From Paramecium tetraurelia (lineage: Eukaryota): a stretch of 64,000 nt of DNA. This document shows, piece after piece, positions 25,801-41,137 of this stretch. A model generated the notes under the pieces. It worked only from the letters and a program-made list of their open reading frames with translations, was not told the DNA's origin and ran no database searches. The stretch spans positions 186,001 to 250,000 of the forward strand of contig CT868017.1 in assembly GCA_000165425.1 (NCBI GenBank). The letters are read 5' to 3'. Every line of letters starts with the position of its first letter. Within the stretch, counting starts at the first letter, position 1. The position numbers and the translations under genes are program-made.

Positions 25801-28800
25801 AATTGTAAGGAATGCAAAATTATTGATGATTAATAAGTATGTCTTTCTTGCATTTAATTTAATGATTCACATTACCATGTTTATAATGGAAGATGCATTT
25901 AATGTCCTTAAAACTGTAATATATGTCATCCAAGAACTGGTAATGAAAAATTAATGACCAATCCATATTTTAACAATAAAGATTTAGAATACTTTTCTCA
26001 TAAATGCATAGCACCATTATCTAGTGACTTATTTTACGATTAGGATATTCAATAATTTATTAAATGTGATAATGGTAATGAATGCTAAAAAGAAATTGTA
26101 ATTCAAATTTAAATTTATTGTAACTAAATAGATTTAGAAAACTATCTCAACTAATTAAATGAAGAATAAATGCTAATTCAGAGAAAATTTCATATTCTTT
26201 TGGAAAATTTTGATTTGTCATTATTTGAATATTATGACTATTTTCTCTATCTTAATCAGAATTTCGTTAAGATAGTTACTTATTAACTTACAATTGCAGA
26301 CAACTAACTATGTTTATTAAATGCGGAACTTAAAATCTAATCACATTTATAAAGTTATATTTTTAATTTGATTGAATTAAACGTTATTATAAATGGATCT
26401 GGAAGTACTATCTAATTGAATAATCACTTATCATTTTCAAACTTTACACACATAAAAATTAAAAACCTTGATCTTAAAATATAGAATGGGCAGATATCAA
26501 TGGACAATATCATTAGGTATACTGTAGAGTTTGAAACAATAAAAATCTATCAAGATTAAACTGGTATATCATCATAAGATTATTTAATTTAAATTAGGGA
26601 ATCCTCTGAGATTTATATTTCAAATATATTAATATAAGATATTAATATTCTATTATAAAATGGCTTATTTGAAATAACGAATCAAAAATTTGATGTTAAA
26701 TTAGTAGCAATAGATCTAATCATAAATCATATTAAAATTATGAATACATCAATTATCAATTATAACACATCTCAAAAAGTAGAAACTAAAATATCAAATT
26801 TGCATATTTTGAATTCCTAATTTATAAATATTGTTGTTTTGGAGTTTTTATATTAAACTGAAATTTTAAGGATAGATAATTTTATTTTTGAAAATTCAAT
26901 TCTATTAAACACCACAAATTTCTTTAATTTTGAGTAAATTTACAAAGTTGAATTAAATGGATTCTCAATTTTAGATTCAACATTGTAAAATTCAAATTTT
27001 ATATCAAGCTCTAAAATTTTGTTATTGATAGAATTCAATTTATAAAAACTCTCATTTTTAGGATAATCCACAATACTAATTAATCAAGACTAGTTATCTC
27101 TTGAATTAATTTAAATTAAAAATGGTAAGATCATTGATAATATTTATTCAAACAAAAATGCTTTAATCCTATTATTAAATTCAGATTCTGTATATCTTAA
27201 TAATATAGAATTTATCAACAATGCTATTAATATTGATAATTAAAAAGATTCTCTTGTTAAGAACATTGAATTGTCCATAATCAATATTGAATCTAATACT
27301 GTTATATTTGATACTTTGATCATTCAAAGAGGAATAGGCTATACTGAATTCACTATTAAAAATGCAAATACATTTAAATTTATGAACTCTGTAATAAAAT
27401 TACACTAAAAATATTATTTTAAGAGTCTATTTAATAATTAAGAATGTAATATTCAACCATTCAATTAGTTCATGTACAATACCCTTATGAATTTATAAAA
27501 TAGCTAATTTATTTATGTTTCAAATACAAATATCACTGATATTATATTATATGATTCAGTTTTATTTGAAATTCAAATGCTTTCATAAATTAGCTCATAA
27601 TTTGTATTTATCGAATGCAATTTTTCCTCTAACATTTTACATCAAGTAAATAAATATGAAAAAGTATCTTTAATATCAATTAATACTAATTATTATCTGA
27701 GTTTGAATATAACAAGAGTTATATTCTAGTAGAATTTATTAAACTTATTAAAAGAAAGCAATCCTTAAAAACAAAGCCTGATTTTATTAGTGGAAGCACA
27801 TTAAGCCAAAAGTAAAATAAGTAATTGCTTAATTCAAAACAATATGATTTTGAATGGTCAAGGATCACTTATGTATATTGACTCTGACTAAATTATTTTA
27901 GAAAACACAAAGTTTTTTCAGAATTCAGCATTTGTCTATGATACTATAAAGCAATTCCTCAGATGGGGTTTACCAGAAGATATCTTTTTTAAAAGACTTA
28001 TAGAAATTATATATTAGTTCTAGCAGAGGAGGAAATGGAAATTTTTAAGGCCGATAAATTGTATTGAACATGATTTTATTATAAGATTCTATCTCAATCT
28101 AAGGTGCTGCATTTGTAATGAAAATGATTGAAGATGGAAACATACAGATTTAAAATTCACACTTTGAAAATTTACAAGCTGAATTAATAGAATCTTCATA
28201 AGGAGGAGCTTTTCATATCTAATCTTAATCATTATATTTAAGAATTGATGTTATTAATACAATATTTCTGGATATTTCCTCCAGAAAGGGTGGTAGTATA
28301 TTTTATATTATACCTTCAACAAAATTATTTTAGATCTCCTTACTTAACTCCACATTTGAAAACATTTTTTCAATTTAAGGAGGCTTAATATACATAGAAA
28401 AATCTATCCATGAATTACAAGTTATTTAGATGAATTAATGTAATTTATCTTAAAGATTGGATTCATTTTATGCATTCATCAATTCTTTGCAGGATCTATC
28501 AAATGATGAATTCACAACTTTGACATAAGAATATTCACTGATCCATTGCTATGATTGTTAATTTAAAACAATAGATTTATATGTAACAAATTATCTTCCT
28601 ATACCCTTATTCTAATTATATGGAAGTGCAAACCTCAAGAATATTTCAATACAAAATATTATTTATTCGAATCAATTAATGCTATTTTCTCCAGTAAGAT
28701 AGTCTGACGAAATAATTCTTCAAAATGTAGAGTTTTACAACTGTACTTAAATATAAATTAGTGAAGACGATATTCCCTAAGAAGTCTATGCAAAAAGTTT

Positions 28801-31780
28801 AAATAATAGTGTAATAACATCTTGTAAAGAAAATTTAATAGACGCTCCTTTAATTATTATAAGTTTTAATGAAAGTTACTATAATATTAATCAAATAACA
28901 TTTTTGTAAACGTTATTATCTTAGATATAATAATTAACAGTGACTATGATATCATTTTAATTTACAGAATAATATCAATATCAAAAAATACAACTTTCTG
29001 ATATAATTCTCTAAAATAACAAGTGCAGCAAGTGCTCAAATGGTCTATTGAGTTTTGATATTAAAAACAAACCATCCCTAATTATTTAAAAAATGGCTAT
29101 ATCTAATTCATATTGTGGGAAAAATGGTTGCATTTCATTCATTTCATAAGATAACCGTATTCTTTAAAGTTATGATTTTAATAGCTCTTTAGCTAATTCT
29201 GCAATTAGAATACAATATTTGTAATGCATCAACAATTAAGCTTAATACGGAGGTTGTTTGTTTATCTAAAATTAAGTCATTTCAATTATAGAAAGTTTGA
29301 TATCTGGTAATAATGCAATATATGGAGGGGCCATTTTTACAAAAGGGATTAATTTAACATTAATTTCAGAGAATTTAGTTATTACAAATAATTCAGCTTA
29401 ATTTGGAAGTGGAATCTATAGTGAAGGCAACTTGAATAAAAAAATTAATGGAATGAAGCTTATTGATAATTCTGGATTGAATCAAATTAATGAACAACCT
29501 TAATAACTCTATTTGCAAATCTTTTAAGGCTAAATAATATAACCTAAAATTGTGAAAAATTTAAAAAATGGCCAAATTTCTTAAATTATTGGCCAAGATG
29601 GATAAAATTCAATTATTCATATCCCTACTGGAATGCCATTATCAGAATACAAAAAATTTGAAATAGAAAAGAATAGTTACAATTAAAAAACTATGCAAAT
29701 GAGATTATATGCAGTTAATTCATAATTAGAAATAGTTAGAAATCTTACAAATACCTATTGTGAATTACAAATAAATAATGTAAACAGTAGATAAGAACAA
29801 AATTTATCTTTAAATAAAAATAAAATTATCTTTAATTAATCAACATTTTCATATAATTTAGATGATTTAATCTTTTACATACCTTCAGATTCAAATCAAA
29901 CCTTTGAACTTACTATTAAATGTAATAGTATTTATATTCCAATAATAAACAATATAAACCATATAATAGAGGGGTAGAATTATATTTTTAAATTAGATTT
30001 CATTAAAATTATGTTTTGAGTTTAATACTTAAGCCAAATGAATGTTAAATGGGAGAATACAGATAATCAAAAGAGGATTATTGTCACTAATGCATTGTAG
30101 ATTAGAAATAATACTCTGTAATTGTAGGAGCTACTAGTTGCCAAACTGCTGATGATCAAAAGATTTAGGAAATAACCCAAGCTTAAATATTCCTAAAAAA
30201 GGTATTCTAATCATCTTATTATATATAGGGTTACTGGAGAATGAAAGTGACTACTTCAACTATAGACTTGTGTTTAAATAATCAGCAAAATTGTATTGGA
30301 GGATGGGGAGTTGGAAATGATCTATGCTAATAGGGTTATATAGGAGCTCTTTGTGAATAGTGTGATTATTATAATGACAGAGGAGGAGGAAATTACTAAA
30401 GAGAGGGTTATTATGAGTGCTAAATTTGCTAAAATGATACCAAATAATAGCTATTTAATTTATTGATCACAATTTTAATGTAAAAATGTTATTAATTTAA
30501 GATTTGCATGCCTACTTCTAATAATTAATTATTTGTCTAATAAAAGACTTTAATTTATTCGTTTACATATTAACCAGTTTAACGAATCTTTCAGATAAAT
30601 TATTTTTAAGTAAAAGGAAGGACTAGTGGGTTAGAGCATAAAAATTGTATTGTTCTATTTTTAAATTATCAGTTTAACATAAGAATTATCCTATGTATAT
30701 TCTAATTAAGTCTAATAATTAATTCATTTTCTCGGAGATCCTTTTACATTATTAATAATATTTAAAGAATGTTAATTATTAAACTAAGCAGTTAGTGTAA
30801 TTTACTTATAAATCTTATAAAATTTTATATTTTTGCTGATATTGATGACTATTTATGTTTGTTTTTGTTTTGCTAAGACCTTTATCTCAAAATAAAGAAT
30901 CACAAAGATGGAATTATTTAATTTAATATATCTAATATATATCTTCTTTTTTGGAAGTTTTATACGATCCATGATTCAACTTATAGCTTTTAGAGATATT
31001 TAAGATGTGTATTGGATTTACAAAAATATTTCATATGATTACACAAATACAAATCATCTTAAATTAGTATTTTTTTTATTTTTACCTATTGTGATATGCC
31101 TGGGAATTGTTTTACCTTATTTATTGCTACGAAAGTCAAATTCAGTCTTATTTTTATCAAAGCGAATCCCTTTTAAAGACTTTGGATTTTAGTTTTCATC
31201 ATACTCAAACAAACATCAACATTGGGAATTTTATAAATTTTTACTGATAAATGGATTGATATGCTTAATCATCATGATTGATGCAAATGCTACTATAAAA
31301 GGAGCGTTATCTTATTTTCTACTAATCATTTATACTAAACTTAGTTCAAACAATAATATCTATTATCATAAGTAAATGAATAGATTCGAATGTTAATTAA
31401 ATATTATTTGTTTCATAATCTTAATCTCATGCACACTATTTTCAATATAGGAAAACTAGGATTCCACATTTAAAAATATAATTTTGATCTTCATCAATTC
31501 TATATTTATTTTGAGTGGAGTATTTATGATCTTACATTTATGGAAATTGAATTCTTCATATATAAGCAGGATGTTTTGTAAAGGATTCGAAAGATTAGGG
31601 CAATTTAATCAGATATTTACTAATTATAACATTTTTTAAGCACACTCAAACGGATCCATAAAATTAAGAAATAAGCGTTTTGAAATGTTAATAGCATTTT
31701 TAAAACAAAAAAGCAAAAAATAACTATTAATTAAAAAAGAATATTAAAGCACTCAAGAATAGAGTGAAAAAATTTAATGA
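22878..31780 (+). pseudogene. Giant cysteine-rich multi-pass surface protein A2 (paralog of A1), frameshifted as assembled
   Basis: Starts MFWIFYIIGLVQSTCS and is colinear with A1, with the same intron positions. It has +1 T at ~24731 and +1 T at ~27986 relative to A1. Terminal TGA at 31778-31780. Confidence 0.75.
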
Positions 31781-31845
31781 GATTGAATTAAAAATTTAAA
31801 TATCAAAATGATTAGGATATATTATAATAATTTTTATTTTATATC

Positions 31846-34800
31846 ATGATTGATTTCTACATTTGGACAGCCAGCATCATCTTGATAGGATTAATTAGAC
31901 CTACTACCCAGTGTGATTCAAAAACATTGCAAGGATGCCTTCTAGGTGAAACAACCGAGACAACTAAAATATCACTCTTAGATTATTCAGCCTATGGATA
32001 TGGCTTTTGGTTCTAATATTTAGCCATGAGCTTTATTCTTAGTGATGATTTAGCAAAATTTCCTAATCTTGAAGGGTTTCTATTAATAAGGGAGATAAAT
32101 CCTGATACTTCTAAGTATAGGGTGTTTTTGTATTAGGATTGGAAAAACAACAATGCTAATTAGGAAAAATATTTATTTTTATAATATGAATCAAATAGCT
32201 AAATGATCCAATTAGCAAAATTCATATTTGACTCATTTGATTTTTAAGGCAAATGGATTCATATATTTGTTTCATATTAATTTCCTTATTAAAGATAAAT
32301 AATTATGTATGATATTCTGAATGATAATTGTCAAATCATAAACTATTAATCAAGTACTAATTTAGAATTGAAGGAGACAATAATTACTCAAGGAGGAGAA
32401 TTTAAATTATAATTAAATTAAAATGATGAATCAAAACAATTTGCTTAATATCCTGGCAGAATTTCAAAAGCAGAGTATAATTTCGATAAAAATAATGTAG
32501 TTTTTAACACAGTTAAAGAATTTAAAAATTTTATTGAATAAAAATTTATACCTTAACCATTTTGTTAGACTTCAACTTATGATACGTCTTTAATATCAAA
32601 TTATAAATACAAATTTGGATTGATTTAACTTGAATCTTGGGTTAGAATTGATTATGTTTTTGTACTATTATTTTTTATCATAGAATGTGAACTTTTCTGC
32701 CAGCCTTTTTGGAGTTGAAGTATTATCTGATATTGATCTGGAAGGCTATTAAAAGTTAGTTGATTTATAGTATTGCCTTATTTAAGCATGGAAATCTGAT
32801 TTAGCAAACGGAGTGTATTTCTAATCCCTCAATTAGATAGATCCAGAATTTCACTATTATGAGGATCAATTTCTAGGTGTTAGCGATGTTGTTTTCCATA
32901 CTTTAAAATAAGACTTAAAATAATGGCATTATGTTTCTATACTTTATGGTTTTGATAATTCATATGTGCCAGTTTCAAATTTGAAAATGTGGTTCCTTGA
33001 TGGGGAGGTCTATGATGTTCAATATCATAATAAATCTTTTCTTTTCTAAGAAAGTCGCATAAAAATGAGAAGCGCATTTCTTATCAATTTAGCAGTTAAT
33101 GGGATTTAGATATTAGCAGAGAGTAGTAAGATAACTGTTTGCTTACCAGAGTCATTTGATCTTATGAAAAGTAAGTTTTTTTTGATTAATAAAGAATGTC
33201 ACTTTAGTTGTTTAGATTGTAATGGTCCATATCTTAATTAATGCATAAATTGTGATTAGAGCTCTAATAGATATCTAGAAAATAGTTATTGCAAATGTAC
33301 TCTTGGCTATATTGAAAATAATCTTGGAAATTGCATATGTAATATAAATATCTTAAATTAGAATTCTTGGATTTCTATCCCACTTCAATATAAGATTATA
33401 ATGCAAAGAATTAAACTCTATCTTAATTTGGTTATTTTCCAATTAAAGAAGTCGATAATCAAATAATTTATATACGTTGTCCGTAATTTAATGAAATTTA
33501 ATTGGAAAAGATAAGTTGCATAGAATGTTTGACTTAACCCGAATCCTTTGCTAAACTATTGAAATGTGAATCCGATTATGTATTTAATAGTTATGGTCAA
33601 TATGAATTAATTTAGAGAGAAGATAAAGATATTGAAATATATTTTCTTGATACGTCAACATCTTCTCTTACATTGTGTATTGGATGCAAATCTTTTTGTA
33701 ATTAAAATATTGATTCAAATTGTCATTTTAATTCTTTGTTACAGGTATATATTTAATGCCAATCTCAATTCTATTATGAAAATGGAGAATGTGTAGTGTG
33801 TAATTCAAATTGTAAGACATGTGAAGATTTTTCTATTTGCACATCTTGTTATGATAAAATGACTTTGAATCCTAATAATAATGAATGTCTTGAATGTCCA
33901 AAAGATTGTTTAGAATGTGAATATAATTCTGGTGTTCAATGCATTAAATGCCTAGGATAATATTCAGTATTTTAAGGATAATGTTACCCTTGTAGTAAAT
34001 ATTGCTTAGAATGTATATATGTTTAAAATCCTAAAGATGGATAGTATTATAATAGATGCAATAATTGCATAGATAATTCAAAATATTATTTATCAATCAA
34101 TGCAGTTGATTGTATTCAAAATCTAGATCTTAATTGTATATATGCGATCTAATTTCATAAATCCTGGTTTATGAGAGATAGAGTAAACACTATATTTTAC
34201 ATGTATGAAAGCGGAGATTTTAATTCTAATTAACTTATTAATTATTGTGCTTTGTGTGCTGAAGGATATGCCTCATTACTCTCAGGATAATGTGTTAGAA
34301 TAGATTCAATTCCTGATAATATTCAAAATAAACAATATTGCATCCAAATGTACTAAATGGAGGTGTATCAATCTTTGCAATTAAACCAATTATAGTACTT
34401 ATGTATGGTTTACACAAAAGAATTTAAATAAATTGTTTCAGTTTCAAATGGTTGTGAAAATCTCTTGTTTTAATGTGCTTACTGTTTCAATAATATATGT
34501 TTGTAATGCTATCCTGGATATTATAGTGAATTAGTTTCTGGATAGTGCGTAGCATGTCCATCAGAGCCAAATTGTTATCGATGTGAATAGCGATCAAAGT
34601 AATGGAAGAATGGATGGAAAATTTGGTATGCTATGGTTCATTATTTATTGAAACGTAGAAGCTTTTAAGGTGATGTGTTCGGAAATGAACCATATGATAA
34701 ATTAGAGGTTGTTTGTAAGACTTGCACAGTAGATTTTGAATTTTACTAAGATAAATGTATCAAGAAATGTGCAGATAATTGTGAGCTCTGCATAAAAAGT

Positions 34801-37800
34801 AATGGATAAAATAAATGTGTTAAATGTAAGATGTATGAAGGTCGACGTCTGTCTTTATATGATGGCGAATGCATTGATTGTCCAAGGTATTGTCAGATTT
34901 GTAAACCTAAAACTAATTCTTAATTATTAAGTGCTAATCCATATTTCTCGAATTCTGATATCAAATCTTCAACACATACTTGTTTAATGTTATAAACGGG
35001 ATTAAGCTTTTAAGATTATTATTATGATACGAAATTTTAATAATTCTTCAAGCTAAGCGAAACTGGAACAGATCCTAATTCAATTACATTAAAATTCAAC
35101 CTTTATTGTAGCTCAGAGCTCTTTAATTAACATTTAGATTTGGCCTAGGACAAATAGCATTTTCTACAGTAAAATGTTAAAATTGATGAATTAATAACAA
35201 ATAATTAATCTTAAAGCAACTTTGGAAGAATAGAAAATCTAAATTTGTATACATATCTCAGCATATAACAGATTTAAGAAGTTGAGTTATAATTTAGCTT
35301 CATTTAGGATTGTTCTATAAAGCTTCACTCTTATATTTTCACTACTTTAATTTAAAACATCTATTTTGTCACTTCAGCTAAAATTAAATTAATTGGCAAT
35401 GGTTACACATTATTCCTTAACTCAAATCTAGAAGTATTAAATTTCGAATCTATTTCAATATAAAATCTAATAATTTAGCTGTAATCAACTGTGAATATCC
35501 ATTTATAATCCTTAAGTGCTTTGAAAGTACAATTTAATTCAGTAGTTATACAATAATATTAAGAAGATTTAAATCCAATAGCATTTAATATTGTATCCAC
35601 AAATCTCTAAGAATTATGGATTCAAGACTTATCTCTACAGAATCTAAATTTATAATCTGTAGCTAGTTTTTTTTACTTCGAATATACAGTTTAGTAACAA
35701 TATATTGACATTAATATTGATCAATTTACTATTAAAAATTCAATGATACACAATTCAAATATTATCTTACTTGATAATTACTTTTAAAAAACAACAAATT
35801 GCTAATTTAATAACATTCTAATCGTAAATTCCGATCTTAATTTAAGCTAATTTATGAAAATTCAAAATAATTAATAATTAGTTATGTAAGGATCTATATC
35901 ATAAATATCAATCGTTTCATCCTTTTTATAAGATATTCAACCTTTATTCTAGACTTTTTGCTTTAAAAGTTTAAATATAAGCGGAATCTCTTTAACAAAT
36001 TCAACATTCTAAAATTTTATTTTATTTTAAACAACTAATGAATAAATTAATAAGGATTATTTAATTAAGTTTTGTAATTTAAAGAATAGCTCAATTATTA
36101 ATTTTGTTTAAGACTATTAATTTCAATCGATTATATTTCAGAATATTGAAGTTAATTAAGTATATCATGACGATAAAACAATTCTTATAAATTTAGTATC
36201 AAATGACTTTACTAGCACAATTAAGATGTCAAATATTATTTTAGATACAATCACTATTCTTGATAATATATAATTGGTTTAAAATTTACAGTCAATTATG
36301 TCAATAATTATTATCTAATCCAACTTTATTGAAATATCTGATATTAAAATCATTAGATCAACTGGCATTACAGAATTTTTATTAACTTCAGCTATGAACT
36401 TAGTACTTTCAAATTTTACTATTACATTAAACCCAAAGTACTTCTATAAAAGCATAATCACAGATGAATAATGTTTATAACTTAATACATATTCTAAATA
36501 TACAACCACTTTAATTGTTTAGAAGGCATAAAATATTAGAATATAGAACTTTTATATATCTAATCTTATTCTTTTGGATTTCCCTATGATTTATATAATC
36601 TCGATTGCGACCTAAATTATTAAAAGATCAGAATCTGTTGTTATTGATTCCATGAATTTAGATAATTGCATCATCTAAAAGAGTTAGACTATTAATTAGA
36701 TATCTGGAATTCTTATATAATCAGAATAATAATAAGATATCCAAATTCTAAATTCTAAATTTAATAATAACATTTACTATTCATACTATAAAGAATCTGA
36801 GTCTGACTCAGCTTTAATATTCTATATAATTGCATAAAATTCGAAAATATTGTTGATCAATTGCTAGTTTAAACAAAATTATGTCTCTTAAAGTGAAAAT
36901 AGTTTGTTATATATAAATGCAGAATAAATTAATGTAATTGATTCATCTTTTTTTTCAACTAATTACATCTTTGATAGCTTTTTGAAGCACATAAATTGGA
37001 AATATCAACCTTATACTTTAACATTAGAATAAATCAAAAATTAATTTTAAGTATAATCCGCAAGTGGAAATGGTTAACTAATATCTTCCTCAGTTTAATT
37101 TAGAAACATAAATATTGAAGGTAGTTTTTCAACTTCTGCAGGATGTTTTAAAATTACATTAGAAAATGAAGGGTAGTTGCTTGTCAAAAATTCTGTATTT
37201 AAAAATATCTACACTAAAATATCTGAAGAATAATCATTTGGTGGTTGTCTTTATGTTATTGATAGAAGCATTAATATCTAAATTGATATATTAGATTCTA
37301 TTTATGATACAATTATTGGAACTGCTGAAGGTGGTGTTATTTATCTGAAGCCAATAGCATTATAAGTTAACTTCAACTTCACTAATGTGACATTTTAAGA
37401 TGTCTTTTCAAATGATGGTAATATTGCCAAACTTAATTTCCTAAGCTATAATCAATTACTCTATATGTAGAATTGCAGAATTTTATAAACTATTGAAGGT
37501 TATTCAAAATTTAGATCTTTGTTTAGTTCATTTCAGAAATATGAAACTACCATGATTTCGATATAGTAAGGATATCTTATTTTAAGAGATATATTCGTTT
37601 AATTATATTTAAATATATTCTTATAGTTGAATTACCAAAGCAGAATCAGTTTGACATCAATCGAGATAGACTATTCTTATTATTATCAGAATTCTATAAT
37701 GTAAATTAGCTTTTCAGCAGGTATTATAATAATATTATATTTAATAGATTAACAATGCAAAATTGAAATTACAGGTCTCAAAATCAAAAACTTTAAATGG

Positions 37801-40800
37801 TACAAAGATGATCCAAAATTGGTAGCAATCTAAATTAGGTAAGTAATAGATGAACAATAAAAATTGTCATAAGACTGTAGAAATGAATAAATATTAGGAT
37901 TGAAAAATTAGACATATGAATTAATAAATTTATCAGATTTTATAGCTGAACCCTAAAATTAGATTTAAAATCTAGTTTAAATAACAAATGTAAAAAATAA
38001 AGATTCAATATCAATTAAATCGAGCTAGTTTTCAAATAATTAGTGTTTATTATGCTTATCAGGGCTTATTTTTGTTAAATTAATTGAGTTTTAATCAGAC
38101 AATATTATTATATCAAATATATGGTTGATGGATAATTAATGTGGTGAAAATGGATGTTTATGCATTGTGTAAGAGTTTCTAAGTTAAGATCAAAAGAAAA
38201 TGTCTACGTTAACATTAGACACTATGTTTTGTTATAGAAATTAAGCAAAGAAAGGAGGATGCATAGTCAGCCAATAGGTTGGTCTTAAAATAAAAAATAG
38301 TATTTTCAGTGAAAATCTAGCAGTTGAATAAGGAGGAAGTATTTATTATGATGGAGAAGTTACAAATCTATTATTATAGAATAACCTTATCGTGTCAAAC
38401 ACAGCATAAGAAGGAGGTGCAATATATCTAGGCAACCAAAGTTTGCCAGAATTAAATAAAACTTTAAACTACTTCAATAATAATACTGCATATGGATATG
38501 GTAACATTAGTTCATCTCACTCAACTTAACTTACAGTAATGTACAAAAATTTATAATTTTCAACTTTAAATTCTTTGAACAATGGGAGGATAAATGCTTA
38601 CTTAACTAATTAATCAAATTCCTCATAAATATTAGTCTTAAAATTGCCGAGTGGCTAATAAATTTAAACATATTAGTATTTTAATATATAGAAATAGAAA
38701 TACGAGCATTAACATTTAAAATTTAGAATTTTAGCTTTAAATGCCTATCATGAATAACAATTTCATCTTAATAATAGTGAATGTTTAATTGAAAGTGGGC
38801 ACCAGTAAGGTTCCTAAGAAACCGTTTTTACAAATAATTATACAAATTATAATCGAAAAGTTTTTGATTAAGAAACATAAGATTATAATTTAGATGATTT
38901 AATTATTTATTACGGAACTGAGAATGATTAATCTAAACTAATCTTATAAATAAGTTGTAATAGTGTATAAATCCCAAAGTATGAAGATACTTTTCCTCAT
39001 TAGATTATGGATTACAATTCTAAATATTAATTAATTTTATACATTCAAACATATCCATGTTAAATAGGAGAATATAAGAATCTAACCGATAATGCTTGTT
39101 ATTTATGTGACATTAACAAGAAATAATATTCAGTAACTATCAATGCAACAACTTGTTAATTTATGGATGAAGATACAATAGCATCAATAACACCTGCTTA
39201 ACTTTAATTAAAATCTGGATATTGGAGACCATATATAAATAGTGAAATTATTGAATATTGCTAAAATAAAATTGAGAACTGTTTAGGTGGATGGAAATAA
39301 GGAGATGAGACTTGTGAAATTGGCTAATTGGGAGCTTGTTGTGAAGCTTGTGATTAATACAATATTAGAGGAAATGGTTAATATAGTCTTAAAAAATTAT
39401 ATTAATGTTAAAAGTGTGACGATTTGGATAAACAAATTATTTATATCATATTGATAACCTTATGGTATTTTATATTTATTTATTTAGGAATTTACTTTCA
39501 ATCTATTTATCAACAAATGGAGTTGAGAAATTGATATTAGAATTATAGAAAAACAAAGTAGGAACAAGATAATTAATAATTAACAATAATAAACAAACTG
39601 GCCCAATAATGAAAATGTTTACAAACTATTTACAAATTTTGGCTATCATAATAAATTTTAATGTTGAAATTCCATAAGCATTTAAGGATTATTATAATAT
39701 TACTGGGAACTCTTAAACAATGTTATTAGTAACCACAGATTGCTTTTTAGCTTAGAATTTTTAAGAGGGACTCATATATGTGAAAATAATATATAGTATT
39801 ATTTGTCCACTGTTTTATGGATGGATCTACTTATCTATATACTTCTTATTGAAATCCTTAAAGAAGATTGTTTATAATGAAGTAATACCAAAAACTTGTG
39901 TCTTATATTTGTTTTGCTATTTCTAAATATAGGTGATATAATTATTGATATCTTCATTATCATTTAGAACATTATCAGACATAAAATGGATACAGGGGGA
40001 TTTGGCTTATTAATTTGATACATCGCTTCATTAATAATGGATTCCTTATCTTATCGTACTAGCAATCATTATTGGAGCTACAGTACCAGGAATATTTATG
40101 ATATACTTAGCGAAATATAGAAATTCGCTTTAAAAATATGATGTCAGAAGATTATTGGGATATTTATATTTAGAATACTAACATAATGCTTATTATTGGG
40201 AAATAATTAGGATTGTAAGTAGGGAATTAATAATGATTGCTATTACATTTTACCAAGATAATATGATTATTAAATGCACGCTTTTATTTATTGTATTACT
40301 CGCCTATTATTTTATAAACTTAATGGTTTTACCTTTTCAGACAAAATCTTTAAATTAATTAGAATAAATGAGCACTTTGTTATGTACTTTTACATTATTT
40401 GAAGTTCTTTCATTATCATTAACAAGTAGTTTTTCTACTATTGCCATATTATTCATAATTATAACAAATATTTATTTGTCTATTACCTTTATTTAGAGTT
40501 TAATACATGGGTATTTATAGTCTATGGAGGAATTAATAGACAAGATCAAGGATATCATTAGAGAGAACCTGAAATCAAAATTCAAAGATAACCGATTATT
40601 GGATAGTTGGCTTGTAAATAAAGGCTAGAGGAGAAAGTTAATTATTGAGAGATTTAAAAAAATAAAGAAACATCTTTCTGTAGTGAGATCAAAACTTAGT
40701 AGTATAGAAAGGTAGAAATGTAATTTATTAGATTTTTATCTGTTTTAGTTTCACAAAATCCATTATCTAGTGGTTTGCCAGACCCAAGAGATTTCACTTT

Positions 40801-40903
40801 AACATTGGTGAGATAATAATAGATTTTATTTACAAGTAGCGACTACAACACTATCAACGACCCTTTGACTAATTTGATAAATAAAAAGAAATCAGAAGAA
40901 TGA
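31846..40903 (+). CDS. Giant cysteine-rich multi-pass surface protein B2 (~2950 aa), intact paralog of B1
   Basis: Starts MIDFYIWTASIILIGLIRPTTQC. Predicted introns near 32662-32683, 33171-33194, 33339-33361, 39465-39488, 40720-40748. Frame constant across the 6-kb central exon; TGA at 40901-40903. Confidence 0.9.
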
Positions 40904-41137
40904 AATTAATTTTTAAAAATTAAAAATATATAGTATAATTAATAAAATATTACTCATTTTTCCAAAAAATCAAATACAATTTATAAAGATTATTTCAAAT
41001 TATTTTGGCAATCAAAATATGTCGAAAAGCAGTTTATTTGAGTTTCAAAATGTTTATAAGTAGGTATTAAATTAATGCATTCTTCGACAAAATATTATTA
41101 ACATATTCGGTTTATATGTCTATTATTAAAGTTAAAA

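Noticed and set aside
10960..28000. Programmed +1 ribosomal frameshifting as an explanation for the B1/A2 frameshifts
   Set aside because: Euplotes-type frameshifting uses AAA followed by a TAA/TAG stop. Here TAA/TAG encode Gln, the sites share no motif and the paralogs lack the extra base.
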